Assembly: GCA_025059805.1 (NCBI GenBank)
Contig: JANXDG010000030.1
Span: forward strand, 10,646-74,645
Direction: 5' to 3'
Source of the DNA: Endomicrobiia bacterium
Lineage (GTDB): Bacteria > Elusimicrobiota > Endomicrobiia > DTEH01
Length of the DNA stretch: 64,000 nt
Part shown: positions 18,876 to 28,730 of the stretch, one piece after another
Layout: each line of letters opens with the position of its first letter
Position numbering within the stretch: position 1 is the first letter of the stretch
Made by a program: the position numbers and the translations under genes
The notes under the pieces: model-generated
Told to the model about the DNA's origin: nothing
The model's input: the letters and a program-made list of their open reading frames with translations, nothing else
The model's database searches: none

Positions 18876-20836
18876 TTACAATATTTTTCTCTGACGAAGT
18901 TTAACTTACCACCAGCTATAATGATATCTTTTTCTTCCTGTGTGAGTTGTAATCTTGTTTTGATAACTTTGTTAGTCCTTTTATGTATTAAAAACACTGT
19001 ATTAAATTGTAATTGTGAATGCAAATTCTCAATTATTATTTCATCTAAATCTTGGATCTCATCATAATTTGTTTCATCAAAAAATTCTAACGGTACTACA
19101 CCAAAGTTGATAAGATTATTTTTATGTATTCTTGCAAAAGATTTTGCTACTACAACACAAATACCATTGTATCGTTGGACAATAGCAGCATGTTCTCTTG
19201 AAGAACCCTGGCCATAATTGTGTCCAGCAATTAACACAAACATTCTTTCTTTTTCAGGAATGTTTTCTATTTTCGTTACGATTTCAGGATACTTATTACA
19301 AAACATATACTTACTAATTGCAGGAATATTAGATCTCAACGATAAAATTTTTGTCCCTGCAGGCAGTATATCATCTGTAGAGATATTATCAGGTAATTTC
19401 TTTAGAACTTTCAATATCATATTATCTGCAAGTGGTGGTATTTCAGGCAAAGGTTTTATATTTGGACCACGAAAAATTTCAACTTGAGTGTTATTCTTTG
19501 GTGGATATATAAAAAGTGGTTTAAAATTAATCTTTTCCGGAATTAATATCTTAGGATATCTACCCAAGACTTTAGGATGAACAATTTCTCCGTATATTGC
19601 TGCGGCAGTTGCTACTTCTACAGATGAAAGATAAACCTTTGCATCTTTAGTACCTGAACGTCCTTCAAAATTACGGTTAAAAGTTCTTAGAGAGATCCCT
19701 GCGCTTATAGGTGCTTGTCCTTGACCTATACATGCACCACATACTGGCTCCATCACACGTACACCAGCATTGTACAAATTTTCTAATAAACCTAGTTTCT
19801 CCAGTATGTACATTACTTTTCTTGAACCGGGATAAACAATAACTGAGACTTTTGGGTTAACTTTACGCCCTTTTAACATCTTAGAAAAAAATATCATATC
19901 TTTTATTGAAGAATTTGTACAACTTCCTATACATACTTGATCAACCTTTAACCCTTCAATTTCATCTACAGAAACAACATTATCTGGTGAATGAGGTTGA
20001 GCAACCATTGGTGATATTTTCGCAAGGTCAAGTTCGTATTCTTCATCATAACTACATCCTTCATCAGGATAGAGGTATTTAAAATCTTTTAGTCTATTAT
20101 GAAATTTAAAGAATTTATATGTCTGACGGTCTGACGGAAAAATTGAACTTGTAAGCCCTAATTCGGTACCCATATTGGTTATAGTAGCGCGGTCGTATAC
20201 TGAAAGTATTCTTATTCCTTCGCCTGTATACTCAAAAATTTTGTTTACTCCACCTTTAACCGTAAATTGCTTTAAAAGATATAGTATTATATCTTTTGCA
20301 GAGACAAATTCTTGCAGTTTATTTTTCAACTTAATATTAACAACTTTCGGCATACGTAAAGAAAAAGGTTCACCTGCTAATGCACACGCAACTTCTAACC
20401 CACCAACACCTATCGCTAACATTCCAACAGCTGAAGATGTAGGAGTATGACTATCAGAACCTATAAGTGTTGAACCTGGTTTTGAAAAATTCTCAAGATG
20501 TAGTTGGTGACAAATACCATTACCTGCTGGTGAGAAAATTATACCATACTTTGCTGCTACAGTTTGCAAGTATTTATGATCATCTGAATTTTCAAAAGAA
20601 GTTTGTAATGTATTATGGTCAACATAGGAAACTGCTAAACTAACCCTAACTTTTTTGTTCTTTTTATTGCATACAATGCTTTCGTATTGAAGATATGCAA
20701 GTGTACCGGTAGCGTCCTGCGTTAAAGTTTGATCAATTTTTAACTTAATAGGTTCTAATGGTTCAGGTATCTTTTTGTTATTACCTAAAATATGTGATAA
20801 AATGATTTTTTGTGTTAGGTTAAGTCTTGGTTTCAT
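18872..20836 (-). CDS. Aconitase-family hydratase, fused large+small subunit type (Aquifex-type putative aconitate hydratase, about 650 aa)
   Basis: GSDSHTPTSSAVGMLAIGVGGLE, CIGSCTNS and CGACIG Fe-S ligand motifs, plus a C-terminal swivel domain. The length matches the short Aquifex-type aconitase class. Confidence 0.78.
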   Translation of the reverse strand: MKPRLNLTQKIILSHILGNNKKIPEPLEPIKLKIDQTLTQDATGTLAYLQYESIVCNKKNKKVRVSLAVSYVDHNTLQTSFENSDDHKYLQTVAAKYGIIFSPAGNGICHQLHLENFSKPGSTLIGSDSHTPTSSAVGMLAIGVGGLEVACALAGEPFSLRMPKVVNIKLKNKLQEFVSAKDIILYLLKQFTVKGGVNKIFEYTGEGIRILSVYDRATITNMGTELGLTSSIFPSDRQTYKFFKFHNRLKDFKYLYPDEGCSYDEEYELDLAKISPMVAQPHSPDNVVSVDEIEGLKVDQVCIGSCTNSSIKDMIFFSKMLKGRKVNPKVSVIVYPGSRKVMYILEKLGLLENLYNAGVRVMEPVCGACIGQGQAPISAGISLRTFNRNFEGRSGTKDAKVYLSSVEVATAAAIYGEIVHPKVLGRYPKILIPEKINFKPLFIYPPKNNTQVEIFRGPNIKPLPEIPPLADNMILKVLKKLPDNISTDDILPAGTKILSLRSNIPAISKYMFCNKYPEIVTKIENIPEKERMFVLIAGHNYGQGSSREHAAIVQRYNGICVVVAKSFARIHKNNLINFGVVPLEFFDETNYDEIQDLDEIIIENLHSQLQFNTVFLIHKRTNKVIKTRLQLTQEEKDIIIAGGKLNFVREKYCK

Positions 20837-20837
20837 T

Positions 20838-22097
20838 TTATTTCAAATTCATTACTTGAATAATTTTTTTAAAAATATCTGTATTATCATATACACCACT
20901 AAAAATTTCTGAATTTTTGCCCATAGCATAAATAGGTACTGACATACCAGAATGTACAGAAGTTGACCATCCAATTTCTGCACGTGACGATATGATCCTG
21001 CTAATCTCTTTACGATTACCTTTTGAAATTTGTAGTATTTCTTCTTCAGTAAGATCAGCAATACCAGTATATTCTTCAAATTTTTGTATAATTATTTCTT
21101 TTGGTTGACCTTTCAGTTCTTCGCCAATTTTTTTAATAGAAATTTTTTGTTTACTTATTTTCTCTGGATAAAATCTATACTCACCCGTACCTAAAGATAA
21201 ACCACCAGTTTCATGGTCAGAAGTTATAATAATTAATGTATCCTGTAAAAGCTTTTTTTGTTTTATAGTTTCAACTACCATTGCTACTGCGTCATCAAAT
21301 TCTTTAATCTCATTTATAGCCGTGGCTGCGTCATTATCATGACAAGCCCAGTCTATCCTGCCAGCTTCTATCAATAAGAAAAAACCTTTCTTGTTTTTAC
21401 TTAATACTTCAATTGCTGTTTTACTTAATTCGCTTAATGAAGGTATATCATCTCTTTGTAAGAAGTTTTTGTCAATATAATATACAGAATCTATATCGTT
21501 AAACAATCCAGTCAATTTAGTTACCAATTTCGTATCTAAACTCAAAAGTTCATCTCGTGTAGTTACTACAGTATATCCAGCATTTATAAATTCTTTTGTA
21601 TAAACAGAAAGGTATCTCCCACCTCCTAACAGAACATCTACATTTTTCAATTCTACATATTGTTTAGCAACTTGTTTTTCATCACGAGAATTAATATGTA
21701 CTGCGAACCCAGCTGGTGTTGCATGGGTTATTGTCACTGTTGTCACCAAACCGACTGTTCTACCAGTTTTTTTAATTTTTTCAACAAGGTTCTCAACTAC
21801 AACTCCATCTGTTGTTAAACCTAAAAACGAATTTTTTGTTTTTACACCACAGGACATAGCGGTTGCCGCAGCAGCAGAATCTGTAACTAAACTTTCGTCA
21901 GAATAAGTCTTAACAATCCCTACAACAGGAAATTTTTCAAAGTTTAGATACTGATCTTTACCTACGATAATTATTCGTGCAAGATCCGTGATTGCTAACC
22001 CCATACCGTCACCTATCATCAGAATTAAATTTTTTACTTCACAAAAAATAATACCGTAACCAAGAAGTAATAAAAAAACTATACTTTTGTTTTTCAT
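20838..22097 (-). CDS. Alkaline phosphatase (PhoA family), secreted
   Basis: Signal peptide, the MIGDGMG metal site and the active-site Ser motif TDSAAAATA. Confidence 0.8.
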   Translation of the reverse strand: MKNKSIVFLLLLGYGIIFCEVKNLILMIGDGMGLAITDLARIIIVGKDQYLNFEKFPVVGIVKTYSDESLVTDSAAAATAMSCGVKTKNSFLGLTTDGVVVENLVEKIKKTGRTVGLVTTVTITHATPAGFAVHINSRDEKQVAKQYVELKNVDVLLGGGRYLSVYTKEFINAGYTVVTTRDELLSLDTKLVTKLTGLFNDIDSVYYIDKNFLQRDDIPSLSELSKTAIEVLSKNKKGFFLLIEAGRIDWACHDNDAATAINEIKEFDDAVAMVVETIKQKKLLQDTLIIITSDHETGGLSLGTGEYRFYPEKISKQKISIKKIGEELKGQPKEIIIQKFEEYTGIADLTEEEILQISKGNRKEISRIISSRAEIGWSTSVHSGMSVPIYAMGKNSEIFSGVYDNTDIFKKIIQVMNLK

Positions 22098-22185
22098 GGA
22101 AGTAATACAAATTTTACTATTAAAAAAGTGTAAGATTATTTATTGTATTAAAATTTTATTTACTTTTTCAACATAAAGAAAAGAT

Positions 22186-23229
22186 TCAATATTCTCGTTC
22201 AGTGTGAACACTATAAGTTAGCCCGTCAGAAAATACTGTTATATTTCCGTTTTGGTCTGTTCTATAAATTTTAATTCCTCGTTGGTTTAGTTTTTCCAAT
22301 GTAACCTGATGTGGATGACCAAACGGATTACCTCTACCACATGAAATTATAGCTACCTCAGGAGAGACATGATCTAAAAAAGGTTCAGAAGTAGAAGTGA
22401 AAGAACCATGATGAGGAACCTTAAGGATTGTTGATTTCAATTTATCTCTATACTCTAATAAATCCATCTCTGCAAAAGTTTCTATATCAGCAGTGAAAAG
22501 GACAGAAAAATTTCTATAGGTTAGTTTTATAACTATAGACGAATTATTATCTGCACGGTCAACCGTTTCAGACCGATATCTCTGTATAGGTCCCAGAATT
22601 TCTATGTCAACTTCAGGATCTAACTGTATTTTTTGCTGTGACTTTGCTATTTTGTAGTTAATCTTCATCCTATATATTGTATTTAATAAACTTAAATATT
22701 CAGGATGGGACGTTTCAAGCTTTGCGTCCATAAACCACTTAGGGACAAAACCTGCTTCCAAAATACTTCTTGTACCACCAAAATGGTCCGTATGTGGATG
22801 TGTAATCACGATTCCATCTAAATTAATTTTGTATCTTTCTAAATATGGAACGATAACTTCTTGACCAGCATCAATTTCTGTTATAAGAGTACCTGGTTCT
22901 GATTCCTGAACAACCATACCTCTACCAGGACCAGTATCTATCAAAAAACTTTTCTCATTAGGTAATGTTATAAGAATCCCATCACCTTGTGTTACATCAA
23001 AAAAAACTATTTTTAATAACTTATCAGAAGTTAACTTAAAATAAGATGTTGTTATTTCATTTTTAATCTTGGTATGTATTCTTTGAAAGGTAAATAAACA
23101 TAAAATTAAACATAAACCTGACAATATGTATGCTATAAGTTTATCTCCAAAAATATAAGGTTCGCCACTGTGCAGTTTTTCTTCAAGTTGTTTTACATAT
23201 TGTCTATGCCAATAGTTTCTTTTGTTCAT
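22186..23229 (-). CDS. Membrane-anchored MBL-fold metallo-hydrolase, ComEC C-terminal-domain-like
   Basis: N-terminal TM helix followed by an MBL fold (ITHPHTDHFGG, VPHHGS, NPFGHP) that resembles the beta-lactamase domain of ComEC/Rec2. Confidence 0.7.
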   Translation of the reverse strand: MNKRNYWHRQYVKQLEEKLHSGEPYIFGDKLIAYILSGLCLILCLFTFQRIHTKIKNEITTSYFKLTSDKLLKIVFFDVTQGDGILITLPNEKSFLIDTGPGRGMVVQESEPGTLITEIDAGQEVIVPYLERYKINLDGIVITHPHTDHFGGTRSILEAGFVPKWFMDAKLETSHPEYLSLLNTIYRMKINYKIAKSQQKIQLDPEVDIEILGPIQRYRSETVDRADNNSSIVIKLTYRNFSVLFTADIETFAEMDLLEYRDKLKSTILKVPHHGSFTSTSEPFLDHVSPEVAIISCGRGNPFGHPHQVTLEKLNQRGIKIYRTDQNGNITVFSDGLTYSVHTEREY

Positions 23230-23232
23230 CTT

Positions 23233-25137
23233 TTATAACTTTTCAGCTTTCGGAGAAACTGGTTGTTCTGTTGTCGTTAACTCCTGTTGTATTTCTTTAT
23301 CAATTATCTCACCGGTTTCCGATACTTTAAATAACAATTTATCTTGATATTCTGTTTTTATCAATTGTTCTTTAGGGCAACCTTTAAGATAGTCACAACC
23401 ACCACAGTATTTGTTAATTTTTGATGGAAAAATTTCTTCAATTTTTTCTTCTGGAGGTTTTTCTCCTTTAGTCTCGTATTCTTTTTTAAGGCTAATATAT
23501 TTCTCTCCGTCCGCCCACATTTTGTCTCCTATATTTTTTACATAATCGTCTAAAAGATCAATATCCTTCTGTGACCGTGTTGTATAGATTATTTCGCCAA
23601 AACGAATAAAGATTAAACCTAAACGTTTAATATCAATCCCTTTGTTCCTCATTGCCCAGTAATAGATTGTAAGCTGCAAATCTTTATCAACTTCTTCCTG
23701 CGTACGAACTTTTGGATCCGTCTTATAGTCAAGTATTTCAAAGGTTCCATCAGGATTATTCTGTACCCTGTCTATATATCCAATCATTACATGGTTTCCT
23801 TTACCTATAGGTAATTCAAAGTATTCTTCAGTCATATACGCAGGTAGGTATTGTTCTTTAACAAATTTTTCATAATAACTAGTTAACCATTTCTTACCGT
23901 TCTGATAATATTCCTGTTCTTCTTGTTTTGAACTATACCCTGCAGAAATCCAACATTGGTCGTATAAACGAAACAACTCATCTATACTCGGCTCTTTTCT
24001 TTTCTTTGGTTTTATCTTGTAAAAAAGTTCTAAAGTATTATGTATGGTTGAACCTATGGAAAAGAACCCTTGTGGTTTTACACCTAACCTATCTATGTAG
24101 CAGAGTCTGTATCTACGTGGACATTGAATATACATTGACATTTTAGAATATGATAACGCCATTCTACCAGGTGTCTCCCGCGCAATACGAAACAAAGTTG
24201 TATCTGGAGATACGGGTTCTATTCCTTTTTGTTTATCACCTTCACGCTCAGTCTTCCAACCAGGACAAATATCATAATACCCACACCAGCCACATAACGG
24301 TCCCTTATGAAGTTCATATTCTTTATTTCTCAATTTCTCCTTTACCTCGGATATAATTTTCCTAGTTTCTTCCTGCATTGACCAGTCCTCAACAAAATCT
24401 GTTAGATTATCGTATAACAAAAAAAACTTAGAAAATTTAAATTTCTTTTTTTTCTTCTCAAAGTATGTTTTTAAAACAAAATATTGTAAGTTTGTATTAA
24501 CATCGTAAGGTAACATCTCAGAAATAATATTTCTTTTACTTGTAGCAAAGTCTATTACCCAATAGTCAAAATTATTATCTCTGTTAACTAAGATACAATC
24601 GCATTTCATTTTTAACCTTACACCATTATGTTTAACAACAATATCGGAATTTACTGTATATACATATTGTTTATGTTTTTCATACCAGCAATTAAAGTTA
24701 GTAAATATAGTTCGTATATTTTTTTCGTAATATAATCTATCTTCAGGAGTAAGTTCTGGAAAGTTCTCCAATACCTGTTGCATTATTATAAGTGAAATAT
24801 ATTCTAAATCTACCTTAATCTCTTTATTCAAAATTTTATAAATATATTGATGTATTAACTGCCCTATCAATCCTTCCGGATACTCTTTCGCAAGAACTTC
24901 ATCTAAATTGTAGTAATACTGAAATTTGTATTTAAGTCCACATGTGCGCATATCACTAATTTTCCCTACCGTAAGAACAATTTTCGGAACGAACAAAAAT
25001 TTCAAATATTCAAAAATTTTTCTCACACCACTGGCTAACATTATAAACAGATCAAATATCCCGCTAACAGCTTGTTCTCCTTTAAGGTTTTTCATGTTCA
25101 TTTTACATTTTAAAGAGTTTATTTTTTTACATTGCAA
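23233..25137 (-). CDS. Tandem Cas4/RecB-like PD-(D/E)XK nuclease with two C-x2-C-x5-C Fe-S cluster motifs
   Basis: Two repeats. Repeat 2 has the Cas4 N-terminal Y-x2-CPR motif (MYIQCPRRY), GYIDRV, ILDYKT (D-x-K) and CGGCDYLKGC. Repeat 1 has a degenerate TCGL in place of CPR, CDCILV, IDFATS (Lys missing) and CGWCGYYDIC. Confidence 0.65.
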   Translation of the reverse strand: MQCKKINSLKCKMNMKNLKGEQAVSGIFDLFIMLASGVRKIFEYLKFLFVPKIVLTVGKISDMRTCGLKYKFQYYYNLDEVLAKEYPEGLIGQLIHQYIYKILNKEIKVDLEYISLIIMQQVLENFPELTPEDRLYYEKNIRTIFTNFNCWYEKHKQYVYTVNSDIVVKHNGVRLKMKCDCILVNRDNNFDYWVIDFATSKRNIISEMLPYDVNTNLQYFVLKTYFEKKKKKFKFSKFFLLYDNLTDFVEDWSMQEETRKIISEVKEKLRNKEYELHKGPLCGWCGYYDICPGWKTEREGDKQKGIEPVSPDTTLFRIARETPGRMALSYSKMSMYIQCPRRYRLCYIDRLGVKPQGFFSIGSTIHNTLELFYKIKPKKRKEPSIDELFRLYDQCWISAGYSSKQEEQEYYQNGKKWLTSYYEKFVKEQYLPAYMTEEYFELPIGKGNHVMIGYIDRVQNNPDGTFEILDYKTDPKVRTQEEVDKDLQLTIYYWAMRNKGIDIKRLGLIFIRFGEIIYTTRSQKDIDLLDDYVKNIGDKMWADGEKYISLKKEYETKGEKPPEEKIEEIFPSKINKYCGGCDYLKGCPKEQLIKTEYQDKLLFKVSETGEIIDKEIQQELTTTEQPVSPKAEKL

Positions 25138-28100
25138 CGTTCTCTTGCTCTGTTGCTAATCGTGTTTCGTACTCTTCCTTACTTATACCTGTTGTATATT
25201 TAAATTCTTCACCGTTCAACTCTACAACTACAGCACCAACGTAATCAGTACGTAAAAATTTTATACCTAGTTCTTCGTAAATATTTGCTGTTTCCGTAAC
25301 ATACGAAGAGAAAAAATACCCTATTCTCTGATTGGTCCAACCATATTGGCATATTGCAATCTTGGGCGATACTTTATAGAGAAAATTTTTATTTACAGAT
25401 TTTGAAAAACCATTCTGTGGCACAAGCAAAATATCAGCAGTTAATTTGTCTGACATATCCATTACAAATTTTTCCTGCAACTCAAACCCAACCTGTGATG
25501 GTATCAAAATTGTAATTTGACCAAAAGTTATCCTAACAGCAAAAGAATTATTGCCTGGTTCATCCATCGTGTTATTTACGCCACCTGGGTTTATTATCGT
25601 TACCCTTAAAGGTTTGCCACTTACAATTTCTTCTAGTATAAGCTCTTCATTAGAAGAGACAATTTTTACATCACCTCTATAATTCTTCAAAAATCTTGAG
25701 AGTTTATAATTCTCGTTGTATAACCCTGTCACTTCGTAAAGATACGGATTTGACATATAGTACCATAGATTAAACTTCTCTAAGAAATCATAATATGTAA
25801 AAGAAGTACAGTCTTTATAGGTATGTGGCAAATATAATTTCTCTGTCCGAAAATGCGAAAGAAGATAAGGTAAACCGCCGATACACTGTGGTTTCAATGA
25901 TGTTATAACTACACTATCAAACTTTTTGATCTTATAATAAGTTAATGTTGGAGAAATTGCAGATTCTGCAGGTGACCAACCTGGAGGACCAGGTGGACCT
26001 GTATCTATTAAAACATTTTTTGTTGGCGTAGTTATAAGAACAGCATTACCAAAACCTACATCAAAAAAAATCAGTCTTACACTATATGTTTTCTTAATTT
26101 CTGGTAATAAAAAATAATATATTAAAGAAAAAAATATTATAACTGAGGTTACTACCACTTTCAGTCTATATTTTATGAACATTTCTTTAATTTTATCAAA
26201 CCATATAATTATGCCTAAAATCAAATACCATATAAGTAGCGATTTACTGCTAAACATTTCAACATAAGGATATGGCACAAAATTACCCCAGGTTTTTGCC
26301 ATACCCAAAAACATCTGACAAAGTTGATTATTGAACGCATTAATTATAAGTGCTATATTTACACCTATGTCGTTAATTATCTTAAAACCAAAAAGTGAAG
26401 AAAATAAGGTAAATACTAAATCAATAATACCTGCAATCCAGCCAAGTTGAACAATCCATCCTATTAGAGGTATAGCAAGAAAGTTTGCATAAAAACCAGA
26501 AATTGGAAATCTATAAAAATATACACTTGACAATGGCCACATCATACCTAACTGTATTGCTACCTGTGCACAAACAAATTGTATTAACGTACGCAATGTC
26601 GGGTTTGATCTCATATCTTTAACCAACAATTTACCAGAGAGAGAATATAAATAGTGTGCTATTACTCCACAGAAATAAAAAACTAATGAAAGTAAAAAAA
26701 ACTCACCTTTGTATAGCCATCTTGAAGTTGGTATGTTGAACCATTTTGGAAACAAAACATCTAATGATGGGAACCAGACTAAAAACGGGAACAGTTTCCT
26801 TACTAAAGAAACTTCTTGCAAAATTCCACCAAATAAAGAAAGCAATGTCATTCCAGTTACTACCGAAAATAATGGAAAAGTAATAAACTGGTGAATAAGT
26901 TTTGAATTTGTATAAATCAAAATTTTTTCAACCACAGGGCTAACATATATAAGAGACCATACTGCCATAAATGATAATACAAATGAAGCATCTGGTAATA
27001 AACTTGGATTCAATAATAGTATAACACAGGCTGCGATAATAATTGTCATCCTGGAACTCTTAACCAAAGATAATTTCAATACATCATACATAAATAAACC
27101 TGTACAGAACATCAATGCTGATCTTGTAGTTGCAGGCGACGCGCCTGTCATTATCACAAAAATTGTCAACGCTATGCTAACTAAAATAAATCTTAGAAAA
27201 GATTTGATTTTAAAAATTCTACATATCATTAAAAGTAATGCTGCGATAAAACCTGTATGTAAACCTGAAAGTGCAAGTACATGCGCTACACCTGTTGCTT
27301 GAAACTGCTCTCTAATTTTTTGAGGGACACCACCACGATAACCAAGTGTCACACCTCCTAAAAACGCACTCTGCGGGTACGGCACTGTTTTACGTATTGT
27401 TGTTAATATTTTTTTTCTCAAAATAAATGCTAGTTTCACTATAAAGTTAACTTTGCCCATACCAATATATTGTATTTCTGACGAATCACGTATAGTCTTT
27501 GTCACTGCATAGATACCACGAGCATTAAGATATTTTCTATAGTCAAACCCAGCAGGATTTGTAGCTTTTTTCGGTAATAGTAATGGTGATACTATTTTAA
27601 CATAGTCACCATAGCTCATCTGTAAATAATATTCACCAATTGTTGGTAACACCTTTGCTCTAATAAGACCACTACCGTTTTCAATTTTTACTTCTTCACC
27701 CTGATAACAACGAAGTTTTTTAATTATTTTTATATTGGGATCATCATAATACTGCCCAAGGCCAGATTCCAAAAGTAACTTATTAACATTTTCATTATTT
27801 ACAAATACCACTGCTAAAACTCTATCATAAATGTCAAACATATAATCTTCTTGAATAATCAGAGTAACATGTTTATTTAATATTTTACTTCTTAAAAATT
27901 CAGTTGCCTCATCTGCTTTTTCCTGCCCAATCTCTGGTGCATTAACAGCCATCAGTCGTACTTTATTGCCACTTTTCGTAACAAAGGTATCACCATCTGT
28001 TACTTTAACAACAAATTCATTCTCTACTATAACTCTAGCTGTTGACGTATCAATCTCTATAGTATATCCCTTTTTTGGAGATGGTATAATGCGATCGGGT

Positions 28101-28525
28101 TTTATAACAATATTTGTTGCATCCTCTCTTATATCTGGATCAGTAACTATTGTACCATAAATAACACTTGTCTGTGAGAAATCAGTATCAATAAATTTAT
28201 ATTTTCCATTTTCTTTAGTAAGTAAATGTGTTGAGGGATAAACTTTCATATCTTTGAGGTACCAAAATACACCAAAGGAAAAACTTGCAAAAACAAGAAA
28301 TAAACGTTTAAAAGTAAGCTTAGGCAGGACTTCTTTTTCAGGAATAATTATAGATATTATGATAAAAATAAAACAAACGATTAAAAATATATAGTGTGGT
28401 GGGCTTAAAAGTATTGAAATATTGGAAGTATATCCTATAATACCTATTCCAACCCCTGCTACAAAGAACCATAACACTATCACTGAATTTTCTAATATAT
28501 TAGCAATTTTATTTCGTAAATCCAT
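25127..28525 (-). CDS. comEC: ComEC/Rec2-family DNA internalisation channel protein with an embedded thermonuclease (SNase) domain and C-terminal MBL domain
   Basis: 1132 aa. It has a Competence-domain signature (VAHVLALSGLHTGF). An SNase-like segment (VTDGDTFVTKSGNKVRLMAVNAPEIG...DRVLA) sits in the N-terminal extracytoplasmic region. The C-terminal MBL-like domain begins VRLIFFDVGFGNAVLI. Confidence 0.75.
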   Translation of the reverse strand: MDLRNKIANILENSVIVLWFFVAGVGIGIIGYTSNISILLSPPHYIFLIVCFIFIIISIIIPEKEVLPKLTFKRLFLVFASFSFGVFWYLKDMKVYPSTHLLTKENGKYKFIDTDFSQTSVIYGTIVTDPDIREDATNIVIKPDRIIPSPKKGYTIEIDTSTARVIVENEFVVKVTDGDTFVTKSGNKVRLMAVNAPEIGQEKADEATEFLRSKILNKHVTLIIQEDYMFDIYDRVLAVVFVNNENVNKLLLESGLGQYYDDPNIKIIKKLRCYQGEEVKIENGSGLIRAKVLPTIGEYYLQMSYGDYVKIVSPLLLPKKATNPAGFDYRKYLNARGIYAVTKTIRDSSEIQYIGMGKVNFIVKLAFILRKKILTTIRKTVPYPQSAFLGGVTLGYRGGVPQKIREQFQATGVAHVLALSGLHTGFIAALLLMICRIFKIKSFLRFILVSIALTIFVIMTGASPATTRSALMFCTGLFMYDVLKLSLVKSSRMTIIIAACVILLLNPSLLPDASFVLSFMAVWSLIYVSPVVEKILIYTNSKLIHQFITFPLFSVVTGMTLLSLFGGILQEVSLVRKLFPFLVWFPSLDVLFPKWFNIPTSRWLYKGEFFLLSLVFYFCGVIAHYLYSLSGKLLVKDMRSNPTLRTLIQFVCAQVAIQLGMMWPLSSVYFYRFPISGFYANFLAIPLIGWIVQLGWIAGIIDLVFTLFSSLFGFKIINDIGVNIALIINAFNNQLCQMFLGMAKTWGNFVPYPYVEMFSSKSLLIWYLILGIIIWFDKIKEMFIKYRLKVVVTSVIIFFSLIYYFLLPEIKKTYSVRLIFFDVGFGNAVLITTPTKNVLIDTGPPGPPGWSPAESAISPTLTYYKIKKFDSVVITSLKPQCIGGLPYLLSHFRTEKLYLPHTYKDCTSFTYYDFLEKFNLWYYMSNPYLYEVTGLYNENYKLSRFLKNYRGDVKIVSSNEELILEEIVSGKPLRVTIINPGGVNNTMDEPGNNSFAVRITFGQITILIPSQVGFELQEKFVMDMSDKLTADILLVPQNGFSKSVNKNFLYKVSPKIAICQYGWTNQRIGYFFSSYVTETANIYEELGIKFLRTDYVGAVVVELNGEEFKYTTGISKEEYETRLATEQENVAM

Positions 28526-28706
28526 TTTTACTCAACAGTTTTTGTAAATCTTTTTTCACATTTTCGTCGTTTATTTGAGGATAGTAATTTTTGTTCGTCT
28601 GATAAATATTTTTAATTCTATACTCCGGCATTGTCAACAACACAACTCCTCCTATTGTCAAAGAAACTAAAAGCATAAATATAAATAATTTAGTTGTGGC
28701 ATCCAT
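28509..28706 (-). CDS. Small single-TM protein (hypothetical)
   Basis: 65-aa ORF with one hydrophobic helix. Overlaps the comEC start by 17 nt; no homology recognised. Confidence 0.3.
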   Translation of the reverse strand: MDATTKLFIFMLLVSLTIGGVVLLTMPEYRIKNIYQTNKNYYPQINDENVKKDLQKLLSKNGFTK

Positions 28707-28730
28707 AGTTTTTATGACACCTATTAATCC

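Noticed and set aside
20852-21079. Minus-strand 75-aa ORF nested in the alkaline phosphatase gene
   Set aside because: Alternative frame inside a gene with strong PhoA motifs, and Lys-rich low complexity.
23233-25137. Calling the Cas4-like gene part of a CRISPR-Cas system
   Set aside because: No cas1, cas2, effector genes or repeats are present. Cas4-family nucleases commonly occur outside CRISPR loci.
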